A stretch of 64,000 nucleotides of DNA, from assembly GCA_053919585.1 (NCBI GenBank), contig CM132783.1, one strand, 5' to 3'. The stretch comes from Euprymna scolopes. Its lineage: Eukaryota. Position numbers and translations under genes: made by a program. The first letter of the stretch is position 1, and each line of letters begins with the position of its first letter. Positions 1 through 11,145 of the stretch are shown in pieces. Under the pieces are notes generated by a model. The model saw only the letters and a program-made list of their open reading frames with translations, searched no databases and was not told the origin of the DNA.

Positions 1-590
1 CAAAGAAGTCATCTCCTATCAAGGCTTGGAAATCACTCGAGGATAAGGATTAATGAGTGTACAGTAGTCAATGGGGAAATATAGTAATCGTTAGTAATCG
101 TAAATTTGGTAAATTGGATTACTTAATAGGATGGCTCATCAGGAACTTGTTTACATTGAATTTGAAGACGACCATATTGTAGTCAGTTGGAAAGCAGGCA
201 AACAGAACAGAGTTTCACAGACAAGCAGTTCTTAGTTTTGTTCATAGAATCCACGTTTAGGTTTAGGCACAGGTAAAGAGTGGAGGAAATTATTGATAGT
301 GGTTTTGGCTAGACAAATTTTTTTCCGTGAAAGTTTGGCAAGGGGGAAGACCATAGATTGGAGCTCAAAAGAGCACTTGCCATGAAAATAACGATAAAGC
401 AGAGACAGGCTAGCAATGACTCTTCCGTGGAAAAGAGGTTACAGGGAAGAGAAAAGAGAATCCCCACTAGATTACGAAGTCAGTTTAGAACTGTGTCAAG
501 GCAGGATAGGATGCTTCAAGCAGCTCTTGCCCAAATGTGGCAACAGTACTCAATCCTAGGACGTGCTTAGCTCTTATACAAATAGAGAAT
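1..590 (-). mobile_element. CR1-group LINE family B, decayed 3' fragment
   Basis: Minus strand gives ILYLYKS..RPRIEYCCHIWA-like remnants plus the 3' UTR shared with 29025-30955 (actaacgattacta...ccttatcctcgagtg...ccttgata). Confidence 0.85.
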
Positions 591-1029
591 TGTATATACA
601 TAAAAAAATATAATGGTATATTTTTTTTTATTGCTTATGAATAGTAATGAATAAGTAAATTCAGAGAGAATGAAAGGAACATGAGTGCTAACTGGAGTTG
701 ATCTCTTAAATTCGCTAGTTATCATACAGAAAGATTAGTAGAATTCTATTGACCTTTTTATTATGCAACTATAAAAAAAAACAGTCATACTTAAACATGC
801 TATCAGATTATCTTAAAAGTGCATTCTCTCATTGGTCGGTATGATTCAGGAGAGACAACTTCGATATAGTCAATGGGCGATCCTTCTAATTCACTAAAAT
901 ATTACCAGTTTTTATTTGCTTTGTTCTGAAACATATGATGCTTGGGAAGCGCCACAGTCTACAGATATATTTAGTCAACTTTCATATATTGCATATTACT
1001 GCTGTACAACAGAACACTTATTTACCTCA

Positions 1030-1595
1030 ATAGGAGGTTAGACACAAGAGCAGAGATTCTGATGGTATGGTCACATTGAAAGAATGAATGAGAGTTCTTG
1101 TGTTAGTAGATATAGAACAGTTGAAGCAGCAGGTTCTGTCCACAGGAAAAGGCTATTTGCATTGTTGTCCAAGATGATCATGATAAACACATGGTAATTA
1201 AATCTGTATGTGTACACAGTGTGATGTTGTATGAAAGTGAAATCTGAATTGAGGACATGCGTTGCATGGAGATAAATGATATAAGAATGATATGAATGTG
1301 TAATGTGAGGCTTATTTCTGATGACCTCAGAGGAAGATTAAATCTGGGCAGTACAGGGAGATATGTGTAGAACAGGAGATTTTGATGGTATGGTCACGTT
1401 GAAAGAATGGATGAGCGTTCTTGTGGCTGTAGATGTAGAAGAGTTGAGGTAACAGATTCAGGCTAAGGAAAACAGAAGAGGACTGATAAAAATAAAAAGA
1501 GGGATGAATAAATACCTGGTCAGAGATAGGTTAGTCTGAAGTCAATTACTTAAAGTCGTCCATTGCAGACTTTAAACCGATAATGGTGATGATTA
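1030..1595 (+). mobile_element. RTE-clade LINE 3' fragments (two partial copies)
   Basis: gatggtatggtcac(a/g)ttgaaagaatg (WYGH(I/V)ERM) at ~1061 and ~1385, a VMLYESE-like motif at ~1222, and a (tga)n-like tail at ~1580. Confidence 0.7.
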
Positions 1596-2034
1596 TTTAT
1601 ATCCAGTTCTTCAAGGCTAAAATGTATAATAACTTATGGGGCAAGGATATGCTTCTGATGGTAGGGTTGACCATGAAACTGCAGTAATGTGTTGCGATAA
1701 ACCTCTATTTTCATTATTTGTTAGTGTTATTAATGCGGGCCCAGGTTGAGGCCATGAAAGACAACTCGGAGCACAGTATAGGTCTTAAAGATATATTGAA
1801 AAAGGAAAAAGATACAGAAAAAAGTGATGACGTAAGCTAGGCTTACTTGTCAGTCAGATATCAGTGGAGTCCCATATCCCCGAGAATACTTGCCTCTCGA
1901 TTAATGCAGTATTTGGAAGAGTCCATCAGTAAGTAGATAACTGTTCCATAACAGTTATTAAGCTCTATTTGAAAGGATATCGAGCCATTCTTGTACGCAA
2001 AATTCAGCGCTGTTCCAATGTCAAGAAATTGATT

Positions 2035-2038
<4 letters not shown>

Positions 2039-2077
<39 letters not shown>
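2039..2077. repeat. (TA)n microsatellite
   Basis: Direct. Similar tracts at ~2437, 3819, 4490, 5332, 12763, 13218, 14698, 23700 and 39909. Confidence 0.98.
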
Positions 2078-2079
<2 letters not shown>

Positions 2080-3479
2080 TATATCATTTTTCCTTATTTT
2101 AAAAATCATTCTATTTTTTCTAATAAATTACCTTTTCCATTTATCCAGACTAGTTTTTCGCCACCAAACCATACACCTATCCCTTGTTAAATCATGAACT
2201 TAATCTTGCATGTAGACACGCTCAATTTTACACCTCAATTTTTCCGTTTCGCAGACATCCTTTCATATTCTGATACAATCACTGGTTGTCACAATAACAA
2301 TTTTTCATATCACAAATCCTACATACATATGTACACATTCAGTTGACAACTTCTTGCAAAGCATTTCTTTTCTTTCTTTAAATTGGGTAAATTAATAATA
2401 AAAAGAAGTTGCCATTTACCGTGTCTCTTTTTATTATATATATATATATATATAAGTTACTATTATTTTATGTATCTATTTTTATTTATTTTTAGTTTAT
2501 TCTTTACGTTTCTTTTTTGCTATCATTCTCTAATCTTACCTAATTCATTTTAAAATGTTTTCTCTGAATTAATAAGCTTTTCCTTTTGGCTTTTACATAT
2601 CTGAGAGCAAAATAAATTTTAACAAAATACCATACAAAATAAAGCATATTTGAGATGTTTTTCAAGTCATTTATATCATTAAATTATACAATGTGTGTGT
2701 GTGTGTGTGTGTGCACGCGCGTATGACTGCATAAGCATGAAACACTAGTGTCTGTAGGTAAAAATAATTAATATATATATGAATATAAGCCCTTTCAACA
2801 AGGCTTGGGCCTCTTTAAGAGAGTTATAATTAGCTGTTAATCTTAGTATAAAAGTTACATTCGGGTGTCTGTCATACAATCTGACTAGCTTTCTATCCGC
2901 TTGCCTTGACATTATATACAGAACTTAATTCTTTTTTCTTTTCCTGTGATCATTCTTGGTGGTCTAGGGGTCGAATCGGTTCGTATCTTTTGATCAGTAG
3001 TAATTATCACTTTCTACACTAATGATTGCATAAGAATGAAACACTAGTATCTGTGCATAAAAATAATATTTATTTATAAAAACACAAATATATATGTATG
3101 GATCCTCCCATCGATTTCAACATATGAGCTCCACCACAACAACTTGCTCAGAAATCCACACAGATGATTTGTTTATAGTGGTGAAGGCTTTGTGCAGAGC
3201 CAACTGCACATTTTGGTACAACTGCTACTCTCTGTCGGTGCAGTGGCTGCCACAAGACAGAACAGACAGTAGACCTCAGGTTTTACATCATTTTTTTCCT
3301 CCTTTTATGTTTTAATGTAGACTCGGAGTGCATCCCTCCCAGTGAATTAAATGCGCCGCCTGATACCAACCTGGAAATTTTTACATTTCAGACTCGTTTA
3401 TTGATTATATTCCCTGAAACAAGAGATTGGATTCTTTCTGGTAATCCTTATGCTAAGTCTCTGATGACAACGATTATGG

Positions 3480-3800
3480 GGGATTCATGGTGTCCATTTG
3501 CCACTGTTTACAGCCTTGCCTGTCTTCCATGTCTTCTGAGATCACCTAGCTGTCCAGCTTTAACTTTCTACAAGCACCATCCCTTGCTTCTTTCAATGTG
3601 GCTTACGACGGTTTACCTTTATTAAAACATCAAGTTTTGGGATGGCCAATTTCTCAAGTCATATATCTGACTTACTGTTTTGGGATCGGATTCATTGCCC
3701 TGTTATTTCTCTAAAGTTGAGCAAGTGCGGTCTGGCATTCACTGCCATGCAACATCATGTTTCTTGCATAGTTATCATAAACCTTAGCCCTTATAATAAT
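3480..3800 (-). mobile_element. RTE-clade LINE 3' fragment, decayed
   Basis: Minus strand resembles the RTE ORF C-terminus (VMLHGSE, W..H, GK..KPH..AR motifs); broken frames. Confidence 0.5.
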
Positions 3801-3814
3801 TGGGATGATTCAGG

Positions 3815-3861
<47 letters not shown>

Positions 3862-3991
3862 TCTTTTCAGATTTCAAACTCAAATAACAACACATCTAAC
3901 GTATCAATATTTGATTCTGACTAACCATTTCAGCTTTTTTCCTTCCATCATATGTTTTGTGATAATAAAATGTCATTGGCTTCAGTTTGTT

Positions 3992-4201
3992 CCTAATTAC
4001 TTGCTTCCCCACGAGGGCCGAGTTAGATACAAGGTCGGTTGTTAATGCGGGGAAAATCCAGCTCCCCAAAAAGGGGCACTCTGAATAGAAACAAAAAGTT
4101 CTAAAATGTCTCAGTCATGAGGATTTCTCCTCCACCAATCAAGGACAGGAAAGGTGAAGTGTAGAATCAGAACAGATACTACACTGCGATCTTGGCCCGA
4201 A
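3992..4201 (-). mobile_element. U2 snRNA-headed SINE-like element, copy 1, with 14-bp TSD
   Basis: Minus head gccttcgggccaagatcgcagtgtagtatctgttct aligns to U2 nt ~12-46. Flanked by ggcttcagtttgtt at 3978-3991 and 4202-4215. Homologous copies at 27300 and 56524. Confidence 0.8.
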
Positions 4202-4488
4202 GGCTTCAGTTTGTTTAAGAATTTTTATTTCAGTTACAAATAATGTACGGGAGACAAATCTTTGCCTGTTAAAATATAATTTACAATATTTGATACATTA
4301 TTCAATATATCTTCCGTTCTTCTGTTTAATATTTTATGGCTACTTCAACTGTTTCTATATTTTTTCCATTTATTATGCATCATTATTTCGCTTTGTTTCA
4401 CACCTTTTTGACCATTTTACTTTTAATCTAAATTTATTTTGAAATGTATAATAAATGAATCCCAACTAACGTCGAGTATAGACAGCTA

Positions 4489-4546
<58 letters not shown>

Positions 4547-5328
4547 GTATTCCTGTCTTTGTTCACAATTTGATTAACATGCACAAAAGGCATACTGTTC
4601 CACAAATTCATTTTCATGCTGGAAACGAACGTTTACACACTTACATTCCATCATGATTTCTATATATACTATTTATTCAAAAAGAATGCAAAGTCAAGGA
4701 ATATCGTCATTTGTATATTACATTACAGAAAATCTATTTTAATAATTAGCTCCATGTTATTAATTGTTTGTTCTAATAGAATTGTCTTCATTGTTCAAAA
4801 ATATTATTTAAAGTTGATTTATTTAAATTTATATCTAATGTATTTTTTTAATTATTACTAATTGCCTTAAAAAGCGGAAGTAAGTTTATTTAAGCTGTGA
4901 GAATTATTTTTTCCTTTAAGCTATTTCCCATTTAATTTTTTTTGACAAAAATTGGTGTATCTTATGCTTCCACAAATCCACCATGATCCGGATGTTTGAT
5001 GTATCTTTACTGGTATGCAACTAAAGCCACTGTTTACCAATATTTCTCACCCTGGCAACACCGGGTATTAACAGCTAGCATGTTACTTTTTTTTCTTTTG
5101 GTAAGATACGTTTTTTTAATTATATTTCACTCTTTGCATATACCAATCGTTTTTGCTTGGAAGCTTAATGTATATTACATTCAACAGAGCATTTATAAAA
5201 GAATAACAGTATAGCTACATTGCAAGATTCAAATATTAATTTTTATGCAAAACAACTCTAGCTTGTAAAAATTTTGGTACTTTTTACAGATGTTTGTTTA
5301 AATGAAGAAAATGCTGCCTAAATATACA

Positions 5329-5373
<45 letters not shown>

Positions 5374-5387
5374 TAAAATATAATTAT

Positions 5388-5428
5388 CCACTGACACGTG
5401 TTTCGTCGTCCACGACTCATCAAAGAGG
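5388..5428 (-). ncRNA. Minimal type I hammerhead ribozyme motif (U3 core variant)
   Basis: Minus: cctct TTGATGA gtcgt gg acgac GAA acacgtgt C agtgg. Stems I and II, palindromic stem III and GUC cleavage triplet are all present. Confidence 0.8.
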
Positions 5429-5430
5429 CT

Positions 5431-5506
5431 GAATCTAGCGAGATTCGAAATCGGCACCCTGTGATAAGAAGCCTAAACCTCTACCATGGTGCTAACCTCG
5501 CCGGAC
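5431..5506 (-). mobile_element. tRNA-like Pol III head immediately upstream of the hammerhead
   Basis: A-box-like TAGCACCATGG, B-box-like TTCGAATC, and acceptor-like pairing tccggcgag/ctcgctaga. Confidence 0.65.
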
Positions 5507-5937
5507 TACTAAATGTATCACTTTTACGTAGATGTTTTTATTTGTTTTTGTTAGCGATACTTTCTTGAATGAATTCAAGTATTTATACGAAAGTGCATTT
5601 TTACCTAAATGCTTGTTGGGAATAATTTTTCCATTGACCAATCTGGTACCCTCTTTTAATGGGGAGCGGCATATATATTATTTTTTAAATAGAACAGGTA
5701 ATATTAATTCATCATACAAAACAGTTTGGCACTTATTTTATGTCTCATTACAAAAAAATCAAAATATAATAACACTGAACCTTATATCCAGAATCCTTAT
5801 TCCAATTTTAATAAAAGTTCATTGCATGTTCAAAAATATTGAAATTCAGAGAATATTGTTTAATTTGTGTCTATGGATCAAATTTAATATAAATCTGAAA
5901 TAACTGAATTTTCACATGGGATGTTGTGAGCAATACT

Positions 5938-5938
<1 letters not shown>

Positions 5939-5969
<31 letters not shown>
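5939..5969. repeat. Poly(A) tract, about 31 nt
   Basis: Direct. Confidence 0.95.
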
Positions 5970-5973
<4 letters not shown>

Positions 5974-6039
5974 AATTTGGGGAATATTTAATAAAACCTG
6001 TTAAAATATTCAACAGAAAATGTGCAAATCCACCAACAT

Positions 6040-6300
6040 TATGTGTTGGGTTTAATCAGATTTTACTGTACAGATGCATCTAATCATGATTCTGTGATTG
6101 CACTGCAGTAAGGTAGGAAAGGGCTGAATTCGGGTCCAGCATTTTCTGCCATATAACACGACGCTCCTCATACAGTTACTATAAAACTTACCCACCCCTC
6201 CACGATGTGGAGGAAGGAGAGGGCAACTCTCGCTACAATTGGCCCTGATAAATTCTAAGTTTTCTATCATTACTAATGTCAGGCAACACCGAATTCTTTT
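6040..6300 (-). mobile_element. RTE-clade LINE fragment
   Basis: ORF 6052-6312 contains GKFYSNCMRSVVLYGRKCW...MIRCIC, matching the RTE C-terminal VRS.MLYG.E.W...MIRW.C pattern. Confidence 0.7.
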
Positions 6301-6960
6301 GCCAAGCAACAAAACAAAATATACATCTATTTTAATAATAACTTCTGCAAATTTTTATTTCTTGTTTCATAACAGAATTCGCTGAACGATATCAACGAAA
6401 ACAAACAGCGCATTTTATTTTGTGAAAATTGTTTTTATCAGCAGCATGTCAACAATAAGCTGTTTTTTATTATCTTTCTTGCGATACAACATCATTAAAA
6501 ACTGTTGACAATGAGAAGCAGGAGTGTTCAACACTTCCGTCTCCTTGCATTGTTAATCTATTTTTATTGGTTGAATCCCTGGAGAGTCTGTGAACGATGT
6601 TAGAAATAACAGCGCGTGTATGCATCCAAGAACGTGATAACATTAACTCGATTTTTTTTATTGTACAATACACCTCAAAATATGGCGATAATTATTTCTT
6701 AACTTGAAAGAATTTTTGCATTCTTTTACACGATAAGAAAATGTCTACGTTTTTATCTATTTGTTGCTGAGAGATTTTAGCTACAATAGAGATTTTGTGT
6801 CGATATGTTTGTAAATATTGTAACGTTGTAAGCTTCAAATTCCTCGTCGCCAGTATTATAGCTTTATATAGCTACAACAGCCAGTAATAATCAAGACAAA
6901 CACAATGGCATAGTTAACAAAAAGGTGTACTAGTAAATACGGAATAATTCATATTGATAG

Positions 6961-7058
6961 ACTGGTTCCCGTTAGATCATCAAAGTTAAGCAACGTTGAG
7001 CTTGGTTAGTACTGAAGTGGGTGACCATTTGGGAAGTCCAGGTCATGTATGTGCTCTC
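6961..7058 (+). mobile_element. 5S rRNA-derived SINE (SINE3) family A, head only, abutting a LINE tail
   Basis: ggttcccgttagatc..aagttaagcaacgttgag..gttagtact..tgggtgacc..tgggaa matches 5S. It continues into tgtatgtgctctc, as in the copies at 14085, 33751 and 45660. Confidence 0.85.
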
Positions 7059-7060
7059 CA

Positions 7061-9157
7061 CTTTTTTTATTTTTTTATTTTATTACATTTTCACCCCAAA
7101 CAAGGCAAATTGCCACTTTGGTGTAGGGGGCTACTATCAGGGGCAACAACTACTGGGGTACTATGTAGGGATTTGGGCAGCAAGGTGTCGGTTCACGTTA
7201 CACTTGAACTTCTGCACGTCAGTACTGTTGGGGAAGCAGGGACCTGGAATGGAATTCCAGAGTCTTGCGGTTCTGGGGAAGAAACTATTGGAGTAAAAAG
7301 ATCTTTTACATCTAGGGACCTCTACAGTGTGGGGGTGGGATCTAGTAGCCTGTCGGGTTTGTCGAGGGTGCTCGCGTCGTGGGGGCACAAGTGATTGCAG
7401 TTCATCAGAGCATTCACCACTAAAATACTTGTAGAACAGGCAGAGGGATGCAACATTTCGTCGATGGGACAGAGGCTGAAGCTTAGATGCCAGTTCAGGG
7501 CCTATCAGATTTGCGACTCTCTTTTGAACCTTGTCAAGGAGCGAGAGACTAGTAGCAGATGCACCAGCCCAGATGTGGCAGCAATACTCCATACATGGGC
7601 GAATGGTGGCCTTATAGAGGTACAGAATACTTTCGGGTGTTAGTAGTTTTCTAGCACGGTAGAGAGAGCCTACCTTTCTTGCAGCGGCCCTGGCAATGCC
7701 TTCAATGTAATTGTTCCAACTCATGTTTCCTGTGAACGTTAGGCCAAGGAGTTTGAAAGATGGACTCTCAGATAAAGAGTCGTTGGCCATTGCTATTGGT
7801 GGTAGAGAGGGTTTCTTGTAATTATTGAATGAAACTAGTTTAGTCTTGGCAGCATTGAACGCGACCAACCACTTTTGTCCCCATTCCACTACAGATTGGA
7901 GGTCTTCCTCTAGTGTTTCTGCCATTTCTTTAGAAATGTGTTCATTCGTCTTCCTGTCGTGTCTGCCATAGAGTGTAGTGTCATCAGCATATATACCCAT
8001 CTCAGAGGCAATGTTGTCGGGGAGGTCATTTATGAATATCAGGAACAATAGAGGTCCAAGGATAGAACCCTGGGGCACTCCCGCATTTATATCATATTGT
8101 TTGGATGTGCGAACGTCGAGGACTACCTGGATTTTTCTCTTATCTAAGAAGGATTTAATTATGTTAAGTATTCTACCAGTGATACCGTATGATCTGATTT
8201 TACTGAGGAGACCCTCATGCCATACCCTGTCAAAAGCCTTAGATATATCTAGAGCTACCGCTCTGCCTTCCCCCGCTTTGTCCAGTGATTGGTATATACG
8301 TTCAGAGATCACGGTGAGGCTGTCTGCTGTGGAACGGGCTTGTCTAAATCCATATTGTTTGTCAGTCAGTAGTTTAGCATCTGTAAGATGATGGACTAGA
8401 GCATGGTTAATTATGGTCTCAAATATTTTGGCAAAAAGTGGGAGGAGGCTAATGGGGCGATAATTTGATGGGTCTGTCCTTTCGCCAGAATTCTTGAATA
8501 CTGGTACAACAGAAGCAGTTTTCCAACAGCCCGGAAAGCAAGCTTCATTAAGACATTTGTTGTAGAGTTTGGAGAGAACTGGAGCTACTTCGGCTGAGCA
8601 CTTTTTTAATAGCACAGCTGGGATAAGATCGGGTCCACATGCTTTTGAGGTGTCAAGGTTTTTTATGATAGCATGCACCTGAGCAGGGGTGGTTTTCAGA
8701 TCGTCTAGTGTGGCGTCTGTCCGCATAGGAAAGTCAGGTAGGGGGTGGTTGGAAGGGTCCAGTGTGGAGTTTGAGGCAAACCGACTGGCAAGCATGTTAG
8801 CCTTGTCGGTTGCTGAGGAGACAACCTCGTGATTGTTGGTTAGTGGGGGAATTGTTGATTGCCCATTATTTACTACACTGTTGTAGATTTTCCAGAAGTC
8901 TCGAGTTCCTAGTTTTTGTGCTTCGATGCGCTTTTTAGTGGTTTCCGTAAATTCTCTCTTAGCTGTCGCTATTTCTTTCTTAACGTTATTTCTAGCTTCT
9001 ATATACTTCAGTCTGTTTGAACTGGACCTATGTCGGTTAAACCTACGGTATGCATGCTGCTTTTGAGTAATGGCAGTTGCACAAGTCGACGTAAACCATT
9101 GGGGAGAGTGGGGCTTACTATAAAATTTCCGCATGGGAACATGCGCTTCGATTGCAG
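7061..9157 (-). mobile_element. CR1-group (Zenon-like) LINE family A, 5'-truncated, with 3' UTR and A-rich tail
   Basis: Uninterrupted RT frame. The 3' UTR (ccaaagtggcaatttgccttgtttggggtgaaaatg) and poly(A)-like tail are shared with the copies at 53315 and 63600. Confidence 0.95.
7161..9157 (-). CDS. Non-LTR reverse transcriptase (LINE ORF2 lacking the endonuclease domain)
   Basis: Motifs [46 protein letters not shown] and FFPRTARLWN. The first ~60 aa of the listed 724-aa ORF are flanking DNA. Confidence 0.92.
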
Positions 9158-9344
9158 TTATCTTACTTACTAGTAAAAGTATATTATAGAAATACACGTT
9201 ATGATTCTCCCAGCCATAACTGCCATGAATAGCTACATCGATATTCATCATCACCTCTGAAATGGGTAGATTATAAGCAAAACTCGAAACATTATTATGA
9301 AAGTAAACAGTGAACCTTGGGTTAAATTTTCGCAACTTTGTGAC

Positions 9345-9535
9345 TCGCGCTTCTCTTATTTCATCCTTTAATCATCGCATTCCAGGAACGATGTTTCGGA
9401 CAAAGAGATGAAAATTGCTGTGAAACTATCCATCTAGCATTTATTGTTGGCTAGTTTCTGACCTTGAAGTATTTTTCCTTAAACTACTTACATCAAGTAG
9501 CTTCATGCCTTGTCTAGGGCGATTTCCATAAAAAT
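9345..9535 (+). mobile_element. CR1-group family C 3' UTR fragment
   Basis: cctttaatc..cattcca..cgatgtttc.gacaaa...catcaagtagcttcatgccttgtctagggcgatttccataaaa. The tail recurs at ~26150, 42100, 42430, 52600 and 56900. Confidence 0.7.
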
Positions 9536-9554
9536 GGTTTTAAATGACATCAGC

Positions 9555-9670
9555 TTTGTATTATGTGAATTATTCGGACAACCGTTCTCATCTTGAATGT
9601 TATTCTCACGTTTCAGCAGATGTAACATCCAATCTTCTTCAATTGTGTCTTGTCGAACAGAGGAATAACA
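9555..9670 (-). mobile_element. Degenerate hammerhead-containing repeat (same family as 46012 and 57228)
   Basis: Minus: gttcgacaagacacaaTTGAAGAagattgg..ctgctGAAacgt...ataac..aagatgag..gtccgaata. Tail shared with the other two copies; stem II is eroded. Confidence 0.55.
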
Positions 9671-10414
9671 TCCAACATTGACAGGATTGAAAATGGGACA
9701 TTAGGAATCTGGGGAAAATGGGACAAAACAACCTTTTAGAACATTGTGAAACAAATTGAAAGATATAAGCCAAAAAGAATGGTTAAAGTAAAATATGGTT
9801 AGGGAAGGAGTTCTGTTAGTTGATGGAATGTGATGACGTCATATTTGAAAAACGATCTGCATAAGAACAAACGGAAACAGAATGTATCCTTTGATGATTA
9901 ACGACCAATCAAAAAATCACAAGTCATTCAACAACTCGTCTAGCTACAATCACTGTAAATAATCTTTTTTCCTCGAAACTTAGAAAGATGTATGCTTATT
10001 ATATATTCCTGCGTATAAGGCACAGTCCTAAAATAATTAACAGATCATTATGAATTTTGGAATGAAGCAATCAAATATAAAGGTGAAAAATCAGGACTGT
10101 ATTTAGCTTAATTTAGTTTTATGCAAAGGGGCAAAGTGTGTGTTGGGTGGACATTTGTGAAAATGTAGATATCTTCGATATTTGTAAAATTTTAACAATA
10201 TCTATTAAACATCAATTGATACATATTAAGACCAAAATACACGTCTGTTCCGGAGACCTGCAAAAACCCAACTGATTTTCTCTGGCTGTTTTGTTGGATT
10301 ATATATATATAGATATTGGACACATTTGGGTTTAGACAACACAGTTATCCTGCTCGAAAATGAACAACTATTTTATCACTAGACATAAAAACCTACTGAA
10401 CAGGAATCCTATCT

Positions 10415-10840
10415 TTCCTTCACCTTCCTTCATCTGCCCCGTATTGGTTGCCGTTGGGGCACTACAGATGACCTGTCAGGCAGGCCTCTCCATCCTTCCC
10501 TGTCCTCCACACATTTGACCACCTTACTAAGCTTCAATCCTGTCCATTCTATGATGTTGTCTTCCCATCTCTTCCTCCCTCATCTTACTGTTCCCTAAAG
10601 GACAGTCTTGGCAAGCCTCTCTACTCTTGTTATGTGGCCGAACCATTTTAGTTTGTGCCTCCTGATTGTGGTAAGAAAATCTTCATAAGGACCAATGGAG
10701 CCATTCTGTTTTTGACTTTCTCATTAGTTATGTGTCTTTGTAAGAAATGCCAAGCAGTCTTCTGAAGCATCTCATTTCCGAGGCCGGAATCCTCTTCTCT
10801 AATTCTACTGGAAGGGTCCATGTTTCACAAGCATAAATGA
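10415..10840 (-). mobile_element. RTE-clade LINE 3' end
   Basis: Minus strand gives ACETWTL..RIPASEMRCFRRLL..KLKWFGHITR..RWEDNIIEWTG, followed by a (gaag)n-like tail. Confidence 0.8.
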
Positions 10841-10984
10841 AAAGTTTCCTATCTTTAGTAGACAAAAATTAAGTAGTTCACGATCAAAACATTGGAATTT
10901 TGTATCTAGGAAGTCATTACCATTTTAAAGATGCCAACCCATGTTTGGTGTAGTCTTTTTTTCTTGACTAAATATATGTATAAT

Positions 10985-11145
10985 TTTTTCATAAGTAGTC
11001 ACCACTTATCAAGGCCCAAAAGCCACTTGAGAATAAGGGTTAACTGAGTGTTAGGTGGACGGTGAGACAACACAGTGATGATTGGGCAGAATTTGATTAA
11101 GAGAGCAGCTCAACAAGAATTTGTTTACATTAAACTTCAAAATTA
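10985..11145 (-). mobile_element. CR1-group family B 3' UTR fragment
   Basis: caccacttatcaaggccc..gccacttgagaataagggtta terminal motif. Confidence 0.75.

Noticed and set aside
1861-2190. Short ORFs with IYIYIY runs (also 3642 and 39195)
   Set aside because: These are translations of (TA)n microsatellites.
4155-4205. U2-like sequences as true U2 snRNA genes
   Set aside because: Similarity stops at about nt 46; no stem IIa, Sm site or 3' stems.
6996-8391. Plus-strand ORFs overlapping the LINE (also 62202, 63369 and 63506 on the minus strand)
   Set aside because: Antisense shadows of RT coding sequence with no independent coding signal.
9158-9335. N-terminus of the 724-aa ORF as part of the LINE protein
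   Set aside because: No endonuclease motifs, TTG start and AT-rich composition; it is flanking DNA that happens to be open.
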